Below, piece after piece: positions 62,957 through 64,000 of a stretch of DNA of 64,000 bases; the stretch's first letter is position 1; each line of letters opens with the position of its first letter. The stretch is from contig DATLCC010000087.1 of assembly GCA_035526585.1 (NCBI GenBank), forward strand, positions 80 to 64,079, in the 5' to 3' direction. This stretch comes from Thermoplasmatota archaeon. GTDB lineage: Archaea > Thermoplasmatota > SW-10-69-26 > JACQPN01 > JAJPHT01. A program made the translations under genes and the position numbers. The notes under the pieces are model-generated. The model was given only the letters and a program-made list of their open reading frames with translations, made no database searches and was not told the DNA's origin.

Positions 62957-63077
62957 GGGCGCTTAGATCAGTTGGTAGATCACTCCCTTGGCATCGGCAG
63001 TCGACGCGTGCTGCGGCACGCGTCTCTGCCGCACTGCTGTGCGGAGAGGCCGCGAGTTCGAATCTCGCGAGAGCCCA
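62957..63077 (+). tRNA. tRNA-Ala(GGC)-like gene with a 48-nt intron-like insertion after the anticodon; aberrant acceptor (possible pseudogene)
   Basis: The 5' half, through the anticodon loop (GGGCGCTTAGATCAGTTGGTAGATCACTCCCTTGGCAT), is identical to the intact tRNA-Ala 156 nt downstream. An insertion lies at 62995-63042 (CGGCAG-TC-GACGCGTGC-TGCG-GCACGCGTC-T-CTGCCG..). The T arm is intact. The 3' acceptor is AGAGCCC, giving G3:C70 instead of G3:U70, one G-A mismatch and one extra nucleotide. Confidence 0.5.
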
Positions 63078-63112
63078 CCGGAGATCGGCCGGACGGAACC
63101 GATCGACACACC

Positions 63113-63185
63113 GGGCGCTTAGATCAGTTGGTAGATCACTCCCTTGGCATGGGAGAGGCCGCGAGTTCGAATCTCGCAGCGTCCA
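63113..63185 (+). tRNA. tRNA-Ala (anticodon GGC)
   Basis: Hand-folded. The acceptor GGGCGCT/AGCGTCC contains the G3:U70 identity pair. The anticodon stem is CTCCC/GGGAG with loop TTGGCAT. The T arm is GCGAG-TTCGAAT-CTCGC. Confidence 0.9.
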
Positions 63186-63365
63186 TTCAAGAAGGGTCGT
63201 CCGCGCTGTCGCGCGCCCGTGTGGCGAGCGCGGCGTCGTGACTGCAGCGGCGTACTGTCTTTTCTGAGCCTCATGGTGAAGGGCCGAAGCGCGGCGTTTG
63301 CCGCGCACGAGGGGGGAGCACCGCGGATCGGGCGGTTCGTGCCCGTGCGGCACCTGGAGTCAGTT

Positions 63366-63415
63366 GGATCCACCTGGATCCACCTGGATCCACCTGGCAC
63401 CACCTGGATCCACCT
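63366..63415. repeat. Phased 10-bp tandem array: (GGATCCACCT)x3-GGCACCACCT-GGATCCACCT
   Basis: Read directly from the sequence. It has five head-to-tail units with no spacers and is flanked on both sides by CACCTGGAG. Confidence 0.95.
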
Positions 63416-63455
63416 GGAGGCCGCTGACCCCGATCGATCGCCAATGGCCCCGCGC

Positions 63456-63737
63456 TCACCCCGGCATCTGCAATTCGCGCCCGAACCATGTCGGTTCGAA
63501 GTATTCGCCGATCGGGTCTCTTCCTTCGCGGACAAGACCTTGGCCTGCAAGCGAGAGCTCGATCGAGTAGTCGGGTGGGTCCCCTCGTACCATGCCTCTG
63601 ATCCGAGTGGGACGGATCCCGGTCGCGTCGGCGAGCTCGCCTACGCGTGCGCGCCCTCGTGCGCGGATCTCGTCGTACAGGATCTCACGGTCGTCGCTTC
63701 GTCGGAAGGAGCGTGCGATGTCGCCGCCAGCATGCAT
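63456..63737 (-). CDS. Small winged-helix DNA-binding protein (hypothetical)
   Basis: 93 aa. ILYDEIRARGRARVGELADATGIRPTRIRGMVRG is an HTH-like segment. It sits between the two inverted 10-bp arrays. Confidence 0.5.
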   Translation of the reverse strand: MHAGGDIARSFRRSDDREILYDEIRARGRARVGELADATGIRPTRIRGMVRGDPPDYSIELSLAGQGLVREGRDPIGEYFEPTWFGRELQMPG

Positions 63738-63813
63738 CGGCGGTAGAGAGTGGTCGGTGGGATATCATGGTTCTCGGCGCGTCACGTCATGGGGGGGTCG
63801 CCGAATGTATCGT

Positions 63814-63853
63814 CCAGATGGATCCAGCTGGATCCTGATGGCGCCTGCTGGTC
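63814..63853. repeat. Degenerate 10-bp array in inverse orientation: CCAGATGGAT-CCAGCTGGAT-CCTGATGGCG-CCTGCTGGTC
   Basis: The reverse complement gives GGATCCAGCT and GGATCCATCT, each differing by 1 nt from GGATCCACCT. The outer two units are eroded. Confidence 0.7.
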
Positions 63854-63905
63854 GCAAGGACCGATCGTGCTCACGCTGGCCCAAGAAAAGGTGAGAAGAA
63901 GGGTC

Positions 63906-63928
63906 GGGCCGCGCGTCATGCGCGGCCC
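63906..63928 (-). terminator. GC hairpin (GGGCCGCGC-GTCAT-GCGCGGCCC) followed on the minus strand by a T-rich run
   Basis: It lies 18 nt after the stop of the partial minus-strand CDS at the window edge. The downstream minus-strand sequence is ..CTTCTTCTCACCTTTTCTTGG. Confidence 0.4.
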
Positions 63929-63945
63929 GATTGGCTCGACGCGCC

Positions 63946-64000
63946 TCAGGCGCCCACGTGGTAGTTCGTCGCGGCGTCGCCGTTGTTGCCAAGCTTCGCG
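63946..64000 (-). CDS. 3' end of an unidentified gene running in from beyond the window
   Basis: Reverse-frame reading ends ..AKLGNNGDAATNYHVGA-stop (TGA at 63946-63948), followed by a hairpin and T-tract. The fragment is too short to classify. Confidence 0.3.
   Translation of the reverse strand, partial: AKLGNNGDAATNYHVGA

Noticed and set aside
63366-63415. Could the 10-bp tandem arrays (also at 48811-48850) be a CRISPR array?
   Set aside because: The units are only 10 bp and directly abut one another with no spacers. No cas genes or leader are present.

Overview
This is a high-GC archaeal chromosomal segment. Archaeal hallmarks are readable in the translations: MCM helicase, thermosome, an NMD3 homologue, GGGP and DGGGP synthases (ether lipids), a GHMP-type shikimate kinase, and the ADH-synthase / DHQ-synthase-II entry into the shikimate pathway. 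The proteins are not strongly acidic, so the lineage is not obviously haloarchaeal; beyond that it is undetermined. I call about 61 protein genes, 3 intact tRNAs (Ser-UGA, Val-GAC, Ala-GGC) and 2 aberrant tRNA paralogues. I see no rRNA, CRISPR, transposase or integrase. Most of the long ORFs in the six-frame track are antisense or off-frame shadows, as expected for high-GC DNA. Gene content covers replication and repair (lhr, mcm, uvrA, uvrB, two SMUG1-like glycosylases) and purine synthesis (purE-purK, purF). It also includes a 10-gene translationally coupled aromatic-amino-acid operon carrying aspartate kinase and ASA dehydrogenase, lipid synthesis, hsp20-thermosome and a split transketolase. 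The rest is a glutamine-synthetase-like / amidotransferase / ADH / ALDH cluster, a pentameric ligand-gated channel homologue and several secreted proteins or lipoproteins. The most unusual structure lies outside the genes. (i) A 62-bp palindrome-tipped repeat occurs 5 times, twice as inverted pairs (MITE-like); one pair carries a low-GC cassette with an 81-aa ORF. (ii) Phased 10-bp GGATCCACCT tandem arrays occur at three sites, two of them inverted around a small wHTH gene next to tRNA-Ala. (iii) Two intact/aberrant tRNA gene pairs carry GC-rich hairpin insertions at the anticodon loop. (iv) A GGCTAGGT..ACCTAGCC hairpin family flanks the transketolase genes. (v) G-depleted codon-usage patches ignore gene boundaries. 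Start codons are the least certain part of this annotation. They are inferred from GTG/TTG use, from 4-nt ATGA/GTGA/TTGA overlaps, and from TATA-like boxes about 27-36 nt upstream that suggest leaderless or short-leader mRNAs.
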